From contig PWOI01000130.1 of NCBI GenBank assembly GCA_003557485.1, forward strand, positions 2,935 to 66,934: 64,000 bases of DNA. The letters run 5' to 3'. Shown here in pieces: positions 55,294 to 64,000 of this stretch (positions are counted from its first letter, which is position 1; each line of letters starts with the position of its first letter). A program made the translations under genes and the position numbers. Source of the DNA: Elusimicrobiota bacterium. Lineage in GTDB: Bacteria > CG03 > SLGR01 > PWQF01. Under the pieces are notes generated by a model. The model had not been told where the DNA came from and did not search any database. It saw only the letters and a list, made by a program, of their open reading frames with translations.

Positions 55294-55471
55294 TTAGCGG
55301 ACTCCTTTTTTTAAATAAACACGGCGCATTCTTTGCAACTATTCTGCCTGACTTCCCGCAGTACAGCGCAACAAAAGTCCTGCAGGACTTTGCCCCGTCC
55401 AGAGCCTCCTCTTCAGGCCACCGGGCATACCGGCACTTGAGGTCGCACCACTTACTTCTGAAATTATTCAT
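55283..55471 (-). CDS. small Cys-rich hypothetical protein
   Basis: 62 aa with 5 Cys (WCDLKC...SCRTF..YCGK...APC). 11-nt overlap with the downstream ACT-like gene suggests real co-translation. Confidence 0.35.
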   Translation of the reverse strand: MNNFRSKWCDLKCRYARWPEEEALDGAKSCRTFVALYCGKSGRIVAKNAPCLFKKRSPLNEL

Positions 55472-55527
55472 AAACTATATAATTTATATTATGTAAATTT
55501 AAAACACTATATGCAATATTTATCATA

Positions 55528-56340
55528 TCACCCCTTGATCCCGCCTATAGATATTCCCTGTATGAGTTTTTTCTGCCCTACAAGGAAAAGAACGAATGTA
55601 GGGATGGTTATTATAACCACTGCTGCCATAAGACGGACATAATCTGTAGCAAACTGTTCCTGAAAGACGCTTAGTCCCAGCTGAACATTTCGCATATCAC
55701 TGGAATGTGTGAATATCAGCCACCTGAACAGGTCGTTCCATTCAGCCACAAAAGTGAATATAAAAAGAGTCCCGGCGGCCGGAAGCGCCTGTGGAAAAAC
55801 CACTTTCCACAGTGTAGTCCACCTTGAAGCTCCGTCCACAGCGGCGGCCTCTTCAAGTTCTACGGGAACTTTTTTGAAAAACTGCCGGAAAAGATATATG
55901 CCGAATCCGTTGGCAAGCATAGGTATTATCATTCCGCGGTATGTGTTTATCCAGCCGAACCGTGAGAGCATTACAAAAAGAGGAACAATCAGAATATGAT
56001 ACGGGATTATAAGTGTAGCAAGAACCGACATAAATATAACTTTTTTACCTTTGAACTCCATACGGGCCAGTGCGTAGCCGGCCAGGGCAGATGTCAAAAT
56101 CTGACCGAGTGTGACTGATACGGCTACGGTAAACGAATTAAAGAACTGGCGCGGAAAGTTTGTTGCCTGCCAGGCCGATACATAGTTTTCCCAGTTAAAC
56201 TGCCTTATTATAAGAGAATATTCGCTAAGTACTTCAAGCCGTCCTCTGAGAGATGTAATTACTATCCATATAAACGGAAATATGAAAACAAGGCTGACTG
56301 CTATTAGCAGTATATGGGTAATTGCGCGGGAAACTTTCAT
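55528..56340 (-). CDS. carbohydrate ABC transporter permease (CUT1, MalG-like)
   Basis: EAA loop ELEEAAAVDGASRWTTLWKVVFPQALP. 6 TM segments. Confidence 0.9.
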   Translation of the reverse strand: MKVSRAITHILLIAVSLVFIFPFIWIVITSLRGRLEVLSEYSLIIRQFNWENYVSAWQATNFPRQFFNSFTVAVSVTLGQILTSALAGYALARMEFKGKKVIFMSVLATLIIPYHILIVPLFVMLSRFGWINTYRGMIIPMLANGFGIYLFRQFFKKVPVELEEAAAVDGASRWTTLWKVVFPQALPAAGTLFIFTFVAEWNDLFRWLIFTHSSDMRNVQLGLSVFQEQFATDYVRLMAAVVIITIPTFVLFLVGQKKLIQGISIGGIKG

Positions 56341-57201
56341 TTATTCTTTCTCACCGAAAAATCTCAGGTAGAACCAGGTTGCCGCCATGACTATAGAAAA
56401 AAGAACCATTGTAGCGGCAGCTGCCATTCCAATATTAAACTCTGAAAAAGCCGTCTCGTATATGTGATAGACCAGCGTAGTGGTGGCTCTCATCGGCCCC
56501 CCCCTCGTCATAACGTATATCTGGTCAAAGTCCCGAAATGCGAATATGAGATTTATAACAAGCACGAACGAAGTAGTGGGCAGAAGGTTTGGCCAGGTTA
56601 CGTATCTGAACCTTTTCAGACCGTTCGCGCCGTCAATCATAGCCGCTTCGTAAAGATTGCGGGGAATTACCTGCAGTCCCGCAAAAAAGATAACCATATT
56701 ATAACCTATTCTTTGCCATAGTGTTACGATTATAACTGATAGAAGCGCCGTATCAGGGCTACCCAGCCAGTTTATCCTTGATATTCCAGCTCCTGCAAGA
56801 ATGTGGTTAAGTATCCCGCTTCGGTAGTCGTATATCCACAGCCATATTACTCCGCTTGCCGCAAGGGAAACTATTACGGGTATAAATACCGAACTTCTGT
56901 AGATGGAGAATATCTTAATTTTTTCATTTACAAGCGCGGCAATAATCAATCCTATAGCCATTGACAGGGGGACAACTCCGGCCGCATAGACAGCTGTATT
57001 GCGGGCTGCCTGGAAAAAGACCGGGTCGGAGAGCATTTCAATATAGTTTTTAAGGCCTGCGAATGAGTAAACCCCTGATATCATATCCCAATTAAAAAAA
57101 GAAAGTAACAGCAGAAATATTATAGGTATTACAATAAAAATTATCAGGCACACCAGGCCCGGAGAAAGATAGAGATAGGGTTCCAGGGGCTTATGCCTCA
57201 A
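56341..57201 (-). CDS. carbohydrate ABC transporter permease (CUT1, MalF-like)
   Basis: EAA loop LYEAAMIDGANGLKRFRYVTWPNLLP. 6 TM segments. Abuts the downstream permease gene. Confidence 0.9.
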   Translation of the reverse strand: MRHKPLEPYLYLSPGLVCLIIFIVIPIIFLLLLSFFNWDMISGVYSFAGLKNYIEMLSDPVFFQAARNTAVYAAGVVPLSMAIGLIIAALVNEKIKIFSIYRSSVFIPVIVSLAASGVIWLWIYDYRSGILNHILAGAGISRINWLGSPDTALLSVIIVTLWQRIGYNMVIFFAGLQVIPRNLYEAAMIDGANGLKRFRYVTWPNLLPTTSFVLVINLIFAFRDFDQIYVMTRGGPMRATTTLVYHIYETAFSEFNIGMAAAATMVLFSIVMAATWFYLRFFGEKE

Positions 57202-58460
57202 AGAAGATCCCCGGCCTCCTGTGCCGCTTTACGGAGCGCTTCTACGGGAGAAACCCTTAGATAGAGGGCGCTTTCAATTGCCCTTCCTATCCTGTCAGAT
57301 ATGCGGGAATATTCCTTTACAGGAGGCCTCGCCCTTCCAAACTCCATTGAATCCACAAAAGTTTTTATGAAAGGATTTTCTTCAAGAAACTGCCGGTATT
57401 CCGCGGATTCGGCAGCAAGGCGGTTTACAGGAAGATAGCCTGTATTAATTGCCCACTCTACCTGAAATTCTTCTGACATTATGAATTTTGCGAATTCCCA
57501 GGCTGCCGCTTCCTTGGGTGCAGTAGACCTGAAGATATAGAGGTTCTCTCCTCCTATGTTGGTAGCTTGTTTTTTATCTCCCGGAAGAGGAAAAGAACCA
57601 TAGTTTACTGTATCCTGCTGCTGAAGTACGGGATAGTTCCAGGGGCCGTTAATCATCATTGACACACGGCCGGCAAGAAAAGGATCCAGTTTGTATCCGG
57701 CGTTTCTTTCGGAAAAAACCGCGCATTCATACTTATGTATAAGATCTATCCAGTACTGCAGGGCCCTTATGCCTTCCTGACTGTCGAACCTGGGCACTGT
57801 CATCGTATCGTCCAGGATATCACCGCCGGCCTGCCACAGGAAGGTCTGCCAGGTCCACACTGTCCATTCTTCTGTGCCCAGGGGGATCAGCATTCCGAAT
57901 CGTTCTATAAGGTCGCTTTCGGCAGAATGCTCTGTAATTTTGATGGCTGTATCACGCAAATCTTCCCAGGTGCGGGGCAATTCAGTTATACCTGCCTCCT
58001 GGAAATGGTCCTTGTTGTAGTATACGGCAAGACAGTTTGTTTCAAACGGCACTGTATAGATAACACCGTTATAGCGGCCGGTATCAAGTATCCCTTCATA
58101 TATTTTAGACGGGTCAAAACCGGTATCTTTTTCGATGAATTTTTCCGCCGGAAAAAGTTTTCCGCTTTCGGCAATCCTGCCTGTATAGACGGGCGCGAAC
58201 CAGAGAAGGTCGGGCTGGCGGCCGGCGCTGAGAGCAGTCATTATGCGGGGCATAGCCCGGTCCTGAGCGCCTATGTTTTCAAGCTCTATTTTTATATCAG
58301 GGTTTCTTTCTTCAAAGAGCCGAACCTTCTTCTCAAGGAGCCGGTTGTTTTCAGGGCTTTCTATGCCGTGCCAGAACCTCAGCACAACCCTGTCGGAAAG
58401 ACCCCTTCCGCATCCTGATATAAAAACAAGAGATAAGACTGCAAAAAGTTTTACCATCAT
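57198..58460 (-). CDS. extracellular solute-binding lipoprotein of the sugar ABC transporter
   Basis: Lipobox VFISGCG. 420 aa. Family-1 SBP pattern (PDLLWFAP..., YYNKDHF, GPWNYP). Confidence 0.9.
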   Translation of the reverse strand: MMVKLFAVLSLVFISGCGRGLSDRVVLRFWHGIESPENNRLLEKKVRLFEERNPDIKIELENIGAQDRAMPRIMTALSAGRQPDLLWFAPVYTGRIAESGKLFPAEKFIEKDTGFDPSKIYEGILDTGRYNGVIYTVPFETNCLAVYYNKDHFQEAGITELPRTWEDLRDTAIKITEHSAESDLIERFGMLIPLGTEEWTVWTWQTFLWQAGGDILDDTMTVPRFDSQEGIRALQYWIDLIHKYECAVFSERNAGYKLDPFLAGRVSMMINGPWNYPVLQQQDTVNYGSFPLPGDKKQATNIGGENLYIFRSTAPKEAAAWEFAKFIMSEEFQVEWAINTGYLPVNRLAAESAEYRQFLEENPFIKTFVDSMEFGRARPPVKEYSRISDRIGRAIESALYLRVSPVEALRKAAQEAGDLL

Positions 58461-58650
58461 GGAAACCTCCTATGGTATTCTTCAGCATTCTACTGTTAAA
58501 AACATATTAACTAATAATTTTTAAATATCAAAATTAAAAGCGCATAACTGTCAATTTGCCTTTGACCTATATTTTTTGCTATATAAAGGCACCTTAGAGG
58601 TTAATTTTGTAGCTTTCTTATGGAGGCGGATTCGTAAAAGGGAGGAAAGA

Positions 58651-59127
58651 ATGGCTAAAGTACTGATTGTGTATTTCTCAAAAACAGGCAATACCCGAAA
58701 AATGGCGGAATACGTTGAAGAGGGTGCCCGGCAGGCAGGCGCGGAAACGGAACTTAAAGATGTAAATGACACATCACCGGAAGATTTAGTTGAAGCCGAC
58801 GGCATAATAATCGGTTCACCTACTTATTACGGTCTTCCATCTTACGAAATCAAAGAACTTATTGATGAAAGCGTGAAATTTCACGGCAAACTGGAAGGCA
58901 AGGCTGGAGGCGCCTTTTCCTCTGCCGCAAATACCGGGGGCGGCAACGAAACTACAATAATGGCTATAATACAGGCTTTGCTGATTCACGGTATGGTTGT
59001 GGCAGGAACATCCAAAGGAGACCATTACGGTCCGGTATCACTCGGCTCCCCTGACGAAAGAGTAAAATCCCAATGTATCTCTCTTGGAAAAAGGGTGGCT
59101 CTACTGGCAGAAAAATTAACTTGCTGA
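58651..59127 (+). CDS. flavodoxin-family protein
   Basis: MAKVLIVYFSKTGNTRKMAEY (FMN phosphate loop), GSPTYYG, GGAFSSA. Start moved to the ATG at 58651 after GGGAGG. Confidence 0.85.
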   Translation: MAKVLIVYFSKTGNTRKMAEYVEEGARQAGAETELKDVNDTSPEDLVEADGIIIGSPTYYGLPSYEIKELIDESVKFHGKLEGKAGGAFSSAANTGGGNETTIMAIIQALLIHGMVVAGTSKGDHYGPVSLGSPDERVKSQCISLGKRVALLAEKLTC

Positions 59128-60026
59128 AAATTCTCTTAAACAGAAATTTTATTTTTTCCGCAAGCGTAATCATCGGGCTTGCTGCAGGTGATGTTATGGG
59201 AAAACTTTCCTTTCTCAATATGCCTATTCTTATGATTATAATGACTATTTCCTTAACGGAAACCGATTTTTCAGCATTCAGGGATATTAAAAAATCCGCA
59301 AGTCCGGTTGCGGCAGGCATTGTTTTTAACTATATCCTGACATTTTTTGCAGTTATAGCTGTAGGTAAACTTTTTCCTCTGGGAGAATCCGTATGGGCAG
59401 GACTTGTCCTTGCCGCCGCTACGCCGCCGGGCCTGGCAATAGTTCCTTTTACAGCACTTCTGGGCGGAAACCTGTTTTATGCCTCCACCGCCACTCTTTC
59501 GGCTTTTCTTGCAACTCTTTTCCTGATGCCGTGGCTGACCGCTTCCTTTACCGGCAGCAAGGCGGTAAGCTTTTTATCCATACTCAACCTTATGATACTG
59601 CTTGTTATCATACCTCTCATTCTGGGAGTAATATTCCGGCGAATAGGGTTTGCTGATATCGCAAAAAAAATACACGGCCCGGCCGTAAACCTGGGATTCG
59701 GAATAATATTTATAGTTATATTCGGCGTAAACAGGATTTTTCTTGTAACCGAGCCGGGTTATATCATAAAGCTTCTTATAATTTTCACAATTGTTGTTTT
59801 CGGCATCGCCTACGGGATGAAATATGCCCTGAAGAATAAAAACATCAGCAGGGAAGACAAGATAAGCATCATAATAGTATCCACAATAAAGAACTCTGTA
59901 TTCGGAGCTACTGCGGGACTTTCGCTTCTGGGGCCTGAGGGAGCTCTACCCGGAACAGTTATGTCCTTTGTTATACTGGTTTACCTTATATTTATAGATA
60001 AGATAATCAGGCCTGAAACACTTTAA
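59121..60026 (+). CDS. bile acid:sodium symporter (SBF-like) family membrane protein
   Basis: About 9-10 TM segments. AATPPGLAIVPFTALLGGN resembles the SBF family signature. The start is uncertain: TTG at 59121 overlapping the flavodoxin stop, or ATG further downstream. The track start 59073 lies inside the flavodoxin gene. Confidence 0.6.
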   Translation: MLKILLNRNFIFSASVIIGLAAGDVMGKLSFLNMPILMIIMTISLTETDFSAFRDIKKSASPVAAGIVFNYILTFFAVIAVGKLFPLGESVWAGLVLAAATPPGLAIVPFTALLGGNLFYASTATLSAFLATLFLMPWLTASFTGSKAVSFLSILNLMILLVIIPLILGVIFRRIGFADIAKKIHGPAVNLGFGIIFIVIFGVNRIFLVTEPGYIIKLLIIFTIVVFGIAYGMKYALKNKNISREDKISIIIVSTIKNSVFGATAGLSLLGPEGALPGTVMSFVILVYLIFIDKIIRPETL

Positions 60027-60036
60027 AACAAGATTA

Positions 60037-60468
60037 TTAGCCTTCGTTTATTTCAAGGACTTTAACGTTAAACAGAAGGTTCTCTCCGGCAAGGGGATGA
60101 TTGAAATCGATTTTTATATCTTCTTCCTCTACCTCTACAACTTTTACCGGCATCACCTGACCGGAAGGATTCTGGGTCTGAAGCATCATCCCTTCTTTGG
60201 GTTCCAGTCCTTCGGGAAGCTGAGAACGGGGAACTGTTTTTACCAGTTCTTCGTTTCTTGAACCATACGCGTTATCAGAGTCTATCTTAAATTCTTTTTC
60301 CTCGCCGATTTCCATTCCCATTACCGCATGGTCAAACCCCGGGATAACCTGTCCGGCCCCGGCAGTAAATTCCAGGGGCTTATCATCCTGAGATTTATCA
60401 AATACCTGGCCGCTTTCAAGTTTGCCTTCGTACTGAATTTTAACCTTATTCCCTTTTTCTACAGCCAT
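60037..60468 (-). CDS. slyD: FKBP-type peptidyl-prolyl isomerase, SlyD-like (with IF insertion, no His-rich tail)
   Basis: VKIQYEGKLESGQVFD...PLEFTAGAGQVIPGFDHAVMGMEIGEEKEF...FNHPLAGENLLFNVKVLEI. Confidence 0.85.
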   Translation of the reverse strand: MAVEKGNKVKIQYEGKLESGQVFDKSQDDKPLEFTAGAGQVIPGFDHAVMGMEIGEEKEFKIDSDNAYGSRNEELVKTVPRSQLPEGLEPKEGMMLQTQNPSGQVMPVKVVEVEEEDIKIDFNHPLAGENLLFNVKVLEINEG

Positions 60469-60581
60469 TTTTCCTCCTTAAGCTGGTTCTTTTTACTTCC
60501 TGAAACTGTAAGAACCTAACAAATATGGAAGTATAATGCAAATAACCTCTTTTTGATTATGTATGTAGAATTGCAGGTATG

Positions 60582-61403
60582 TTACCTGGATATGGAGTAT
60601 TTTCTGTATTTGCCGGTTTTCAGGTTGATGATAGCGTAATCAAAGTTTCCCCCCTGTCCCGGTTGTATACATACGGTTTTTCCAAGTTTGGCTGTCCATT
60701 TTTCAGAGACATAAGGCGATTCGTGTATATGCCCGTGAAGAGAGAACCGGGGCTGTTTTTCTTTTATGAAATTATATACTGCCTTTGAACCTACCCTGTC
60801 TCCCGTAAGGCAATGGTCAAGCCCAAGCCGGACGGGAGGCATGTGAATAATATATATTGCTTTTCGTGTATCTTTCGGGACCGGCAGTTTCTTAAGCTCT
60901 TCATCAAGAGTGGGCAGTTCTGATGCGCGTTTCATCCAGTTAATGTATTTAAACCCTTTTTTTGTGGAAACAACTCCTTTCATTCTATCTTCTTTAAGCC
61001 TGTATTTATCGGTGTCTCTTCTGCACCTGTCCTTGAGCAGAAAGGGATAGTCTGCGACAAGGTTCATTCCTATGAATTCATAGTCCCCAATTTTTTTCTT
61101 CTTCCGGGCAATAGAGTAAACATATTTTAACTGTTTAAGAGTATTCTCGAACAATTTATCGAATACTTTAAGGTCATCGTTTCCCGGCATGGAAAGATAG
61201 TATATTTTTGATTTTTCGAACTCTTTGAAGTAATTTTCAAGAAAGCCGGAAATAAACTTGTCCTGCCTGAACGGATCCCAATCACTCGGGAACATATCTC
61301 CGCCGTTTATCGCCACATCTACTTTTTTTCCCTTGGAAGCTTTGTACATCTGTTCGTACTTCCATTTATCTCCGTGCAGGTCAGTCGCGTATAATATTTT
61401 CAT
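60582..61403 (-). CDS. metallophosphoesterase
   Basis: MKILYATDLHGD, NGGDMF, MPGNDD, HMPP, LHGHIHE. Start placed at the ATG at 61403 (track GTG at 61445 would overlap the upstream gene by 35 nt). Confidence 0.75.
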   Translation of the reverse strand: MKILYATDLHGDKWKYEQMYKASKGKKVDVAINGGDMFPSDWDPFRQDKFISGFLENYFKEFEKSKIYYLSMPGNDDLKVFDKLFENTLKQLKYVYSIARKKKKIGDYEFIGMNLVADYPFLLKDRCRRDTDKYRLKEDRMKGVVSTKKGFKYINWMKRASELPTLDEELKKLPVPKDTRKAIYIIHMPPVRLGLDHCLTGDRVGSKAVYNFIKEKQPRFSLHGHIHESPYVSEKWTAKLGKTVCIQPGQGGNFDYAIINLKTGKYRKYSISR

Positions 61404-61410
61404 TTTTTTC

Positions 61411-62262
61411 TCATCTTTCTTCAAGCGCAATAATGAAGGTGACACTATTTTTCTTTTTTAACCATTTTGATGATAATGTCAAAAGAATTATTGCAGCAAA
61501 CCCCGCAACTATGGTCTGGCCCGTCATAAAATCTGCCGTACCTTTCCAGGGATAGAAGCCGTTAAGCATCCAGTGGATAAGAAAAGCGCTTGTAATCCTG
61601 CCTCCCGTAGAGTTATAGGCAATGTTCATAAATACGGTTATGATGAATATATTCGCAGTAAATCTTGCCAGGGCTGCCGGCAGGGGCATCGAAGAGGCAA
61701 AATGAGTATCCGATGCAAATGTAATTATAAACGCCGGGGCATGCCAGAGGCTGTGAATCAGGGCTAAAACAATGACAACTTTAACCGGAGACATATAGCG
61801 CTGCATAAGTGGCTGAGCAAATCCGCGCCAGCCGAATTCCTCAACCGGTCCGGCTGTTGCGCGCAGGAAGAATAGAAAAACAAATAAAAACCACGATCCT
61901 CTATACCACGAAAGAGAATCTGCAGTGCCCATCGCCAGTTCCAGTAAAGCTCCGGAAAAATAGATTGCCGGAATTCCTATAAGAGCAAAAATCCACCAGA
62001 ATCCTCCTATTTTCCAGTCAAGTATTCTTGCAGCGTAAGACCTTACTCCCTTTAAACCGTAAAGTTTAAGCATAATTAAAAATGCGGATATGGCAGGCCC
62101 CCATACCGCTATGAAATAAAACGGGGTATACATCTTAAGGCTGAACGAAAACGAGGGTATTAGTCCCGCTAGTATTAACCCGGCGGCTGGTATTCCCCAT
62201 GAAAAAGCAAAAGTCAGCAGGAAAAAAGAGAACAGGTGTTTTTTTGTAATTGGTTTTTCCAT
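61411..62262 (-). CDS. CPBP-family (CAAX-type) intramembrane glutamic protease
   Basis: GPVEEFGWRGF (EExxxR motif), HSLWH, and a further WMLN motif. 7-8 TM segments. TATAAT lies 6 nt upstream of the ATG. Confidence 0.85.
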   Translation of the reverse strand: MEKPITKKHLFSFFLLTFAFSWGIPAAGLILAGLIPSFSFSLKMYTPFYFIAVWGPAISAFLIMLKLYGLKGVRSYAARILDWKIGGFWWIFALIGIPAIYFSGALLELAMGTADSLSWYRGSWFLFVFLFFLRATAGPVEEFGWRGFAQPLMQRYMSPVKVVIVLALIHSLWHAPAFIITFASDTHFASSMPLPAALARFTANIFIITVFMNIAYNSTGGRITSAFLIHWMLNGFYPWKGTADFMTGQTIVAGFAAIILLTLSSKWLKKKNSVTFIIALEER

Positions 62263-62320
62263 TTTAAGATTATATAAAAGTTTCGCTGATTAGAAAAAAC
62301 CCTGGAGAAAGCTTTTTTTC

Positions 62321-64000
62321 TTAGACTTTACCCGGGATTAAGGGAGGAACGGGACAGCCTATCGCATCGGCAGTCACCCTGATAAGTTCTGCCTGGCTGA
62401 CTGTTATATGCCCATCGGCGGCAACACAGGAAACCGCGGCATCGATTATTTGCTTTTTTATCCCGGGTGCGGCCCTGTTTATTTTTTCAAGAGCCAGATC
62501 AAACTTTTTAAGATCGCACTCTGACAGGGGTAAAAGCCCTCCACGCTGCAAAGATATCCCCAAAGATGCCGCAGACTTTTCAAAAGCGGCAGTCTTTTTT
62601 GTTTCGTCATCTATGCCGTGATTTGCCAGCATAGACAAAAGCAACCGCAACTCCTCCGCCAGCTGTTTAATAGTTCTGTAATTAACCTTTGGAGATGAGG
62701 GCTTGCCGAAAGCCGGCTGAAGGTGGCGCAGCAGCATAGACTGCACTGTATATTCAAAGAGAGATATTTTACCGTCTGCATCTACAAGTTTTTTAACATA
62801 CTCCTTAAATTTGCCGTATTGCTGTAATGAAATATCCCGCAATGTTGCTATTGACATATCCAGAATAGGAAGACGGTAACCGGCTTCCAGCGTTGCAATT
62901 TTCGATGCAATATCTTGAACCGTATTGAATACGTTTTTTTCTGTATTTGCCTTCAGCATATCAATCTGGTTTCTCTTTATATCCTCATCCCTGCTTAAAA
63001 GAAGAGCATATACAACAGCCTGGGACCCTGATTTGGTGTGAGAGGCTCTCAGTAGTAATCCCGGCATTTTCCTGTGCAGCGAAGAGGCATAACTCAAATA
63101 CTCTGAATCTGTTGTACCTACCGAAGATACAACACGCTTTGGGTCTACGCTGAATTTCCCGCCGCTTCCGGCAGCAAAACCCGCAACGCGGGACTCCGGG
63201 GATGCTGCTTTTGAATCAGAACGACCGGTTTTACCCTCAAAAGAAGGATCAATCTTTTTTATTCTTTCATCAAGGGGAGGATGGGTCGACATCAGCTTAT
63301 TCAAAAACCCGGTGAAGTTGCTTGAAAAGAAAAGGTGGCTGGCCTCGGACGCATGTTTGTTCTCAACTTTTGATCCATCAGCGAAATTCCCTATCTTTTT
63401 AAGGGCCCCGGCTATACCGGAAGGATTTCTGGTATACTGAACAGAAGAGGCGTCTGCAAGATATTCGCGCTGGCGGGATATGGCGCTCTTGATGAGGTTG
63501 GCAAAAAATACCCCGATATAGCCTATCAGCATAAGTGCCAGCCCCAGAACAATAATTGCAAGCTTGCCTCCCCCTCCTTCACGGCTCGAGCGGGAGCGGC
63601 GGCCGTAGGCAGAAGAATAAAATGATGAGCGGAGTATCATGATTCCAATAAAAGCTATGACCAGTATACCGAAGAGAACTCCCATTAATTTTACGTTAAG
63701 CCGCATATCACCGTTTATGATATGGCTGAACTCATGGGCAATGACTCCCTGCAGCTCCTCACGGGACAGGTTCTCCAGGCATCCCCGGGTTACTCCTATT
63801 ACGGCATCATCCGGAGAAAATCCGGCTGCAAACGCGTTTATACCCTTTTCTCCATCAAGCATATATATCCGCGGCACCTGAGAGCCGGAAGCTATAGCCA
63901 TCTCCTCTACTATATTTAGAAGTTTTTTCTCCCCGGGATCGGTAGTGTCGCGTTCCACCTGCCGCCCGCCTAGTAACTCCGCTACTGACTTGCCTCCTGT
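62321..64000 (-). CDS. M48-family zinc metallopeptidase with C-terminal helical (TerB-like) domain; N-terminus runs off the right edge
   Basis: HEFSHIINGD (HExxH), two TM helices, EYLADASSVQYT. The reading frame stays open upstream of the track GTG at 63958 to position 64000 (...TGGKSVAELLGGRQVERD...). Confidence 0.85.
   Translation of the reverse strand, partial: TGGKSVAELLGGRQVERDTTDPGEKKLLNIVEEMAIASGSQVPRIYMLDGEKGINAFAAGFSPDDAVIGVTRGCLENLSREELQGVIAHEFSHIINGDMRLNVKLMGVLFGILVIAFIGIMILRSSFYSSAYGRRSRSSREGGGGKLAIIVLGLALMLIGYIGVFFANLIKSAISRQREYLADASSVQYTRNPSGIAGALKKIGNFADGSKVENKHASEASHLFFSSNFTGFLNKLMSTHPPLDERIKKIDPSFEGKTGRSDSKAASPESRVAGFAAGSGGKFSVDPKRVVSSVGTTDSEYLSYASSLHRKMPGLLLRASHTKSGSQAVVYALLLSRDEDIKRNQIDMLKANTEKNVFNTVQDIASKIATLEAGYRLPILDMSIATLRDISLQQYGKFKEYVKKLVDADGKISLFEYTVQSMLLRHLQPAFGKPSSPKVNYRTIKQLAEELRLLLSMLANHGIDDETKKTAAFEKSAASLGISLQRGGLLPLSECDLKKFDLALEKINRAAPGIKKQIIDAAVSCVAADGHITVSQAELIRVTADAIGCPVPPLIPGKV

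Noticed and set aside
57735-58418. 227-aa plus-strand ORF inside the sugar-binding-protein gene
   Set aside because: It is antisense to a well-supported ABC substrate-binding lipoprotein gene. It has no recognisable motif and is a typical shadow ORF.
55528-58460. Sugar ABC operon lacking an ATPase gene, as a possible anomaly
   Set aside because: CUT1-family importers commonly share a MsmK/MalK-type ATPase encoded elsewhere, so this is not unusual.
58461-58650. Possible riboswitch (e.g. FMN) in the ~190-bp region upstream of the flavodoxin gene
   Set aside because: After a plausible TTGCCT-18-TATATA promoter only ~75 nt of leader remain. That is too short for an FMN element, and no conserved riboswitch core was recognised.
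1-64000. Screen for CRISPR arrays, tRNA/rRNA genes, transposases/integrases, prophage or restriction/toxin-antitoxin-type defence genes
   Set aside because: No spaced direct repeats were seen. No tRNA-like T-arm/acceptor patterns were seen in the intergenic gaps, all of which are under 240 bp. No recombinase-like translations were seen. The window reads as core chromosome rather than a mobile or defence island.

Overview
This is a dense 64-kb chromosomal segment with about 70 protein genes. By eye I found no rRNA, tRNA, CRISPR array, transposase or integrase. The gene content points to an anaerobic, outer-membrane-bearing (diderm) bacterium of uncertain lineage. Housekeeping genes: valS (truncated at the left edge), glnS, rlmN, ptsI, a DEAD-box helicase, csp, an RRM RNA-binding protein and two PPIases. 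Outer-membrane biogenesis genes: a SurA-like chaperone, tamB, an Omp85-family protein and several small predicted beta-barrel proteins. The oxidative-stress and redox complement is large: a flavodiiron protein, a perR-rubrerythrin-SOR operon, a reverse-rubrerythrin/glutaredoxin/FTR-rubredoxin operon, flavodoxin and nitroreductase. Also present are a CUT1-type sugar ABC importer, a polyprenyl synthase plus UbiA-type prenyltransferase, and metal transporters (ZIP, UPF0016). The M48 peptidase gene runs off the right edge. The most unusual loci: (1) a translationally coupled three-gene membrane module at 19.1-23.0 kb (Zn-ribbon/TM-anchored triple-OB protein, TctA/DUF112-like polytopic protein, split DUF457 hydrolase), divergent from (2) an SbcCD-like pair whose ATPase carries a membrane hairpin, followed by a TM-anchored topoisomerase-type zinc finger; (3) an exported protein fusing a superoxide-reductase-like domain (final His ligand replaced by Trp) to a PrcB C-terminal domain; (4) a FecR-domain protein with two predicted beta-barrel proteins behind a consensus promoter and a palindrome; (5) family members with altered catalytic motifs (ArfB-like GGQ to GGT; DAC-like DGA/RHR to DGS/RHL); (6) a receiver-domain gene whose essential N-terminus lies upstream of any canonical start codon; (7) a recurrent leaderless-type promoter layout. 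All functional calls come from reading the supplied translations and my own hand translations. No database search was run.
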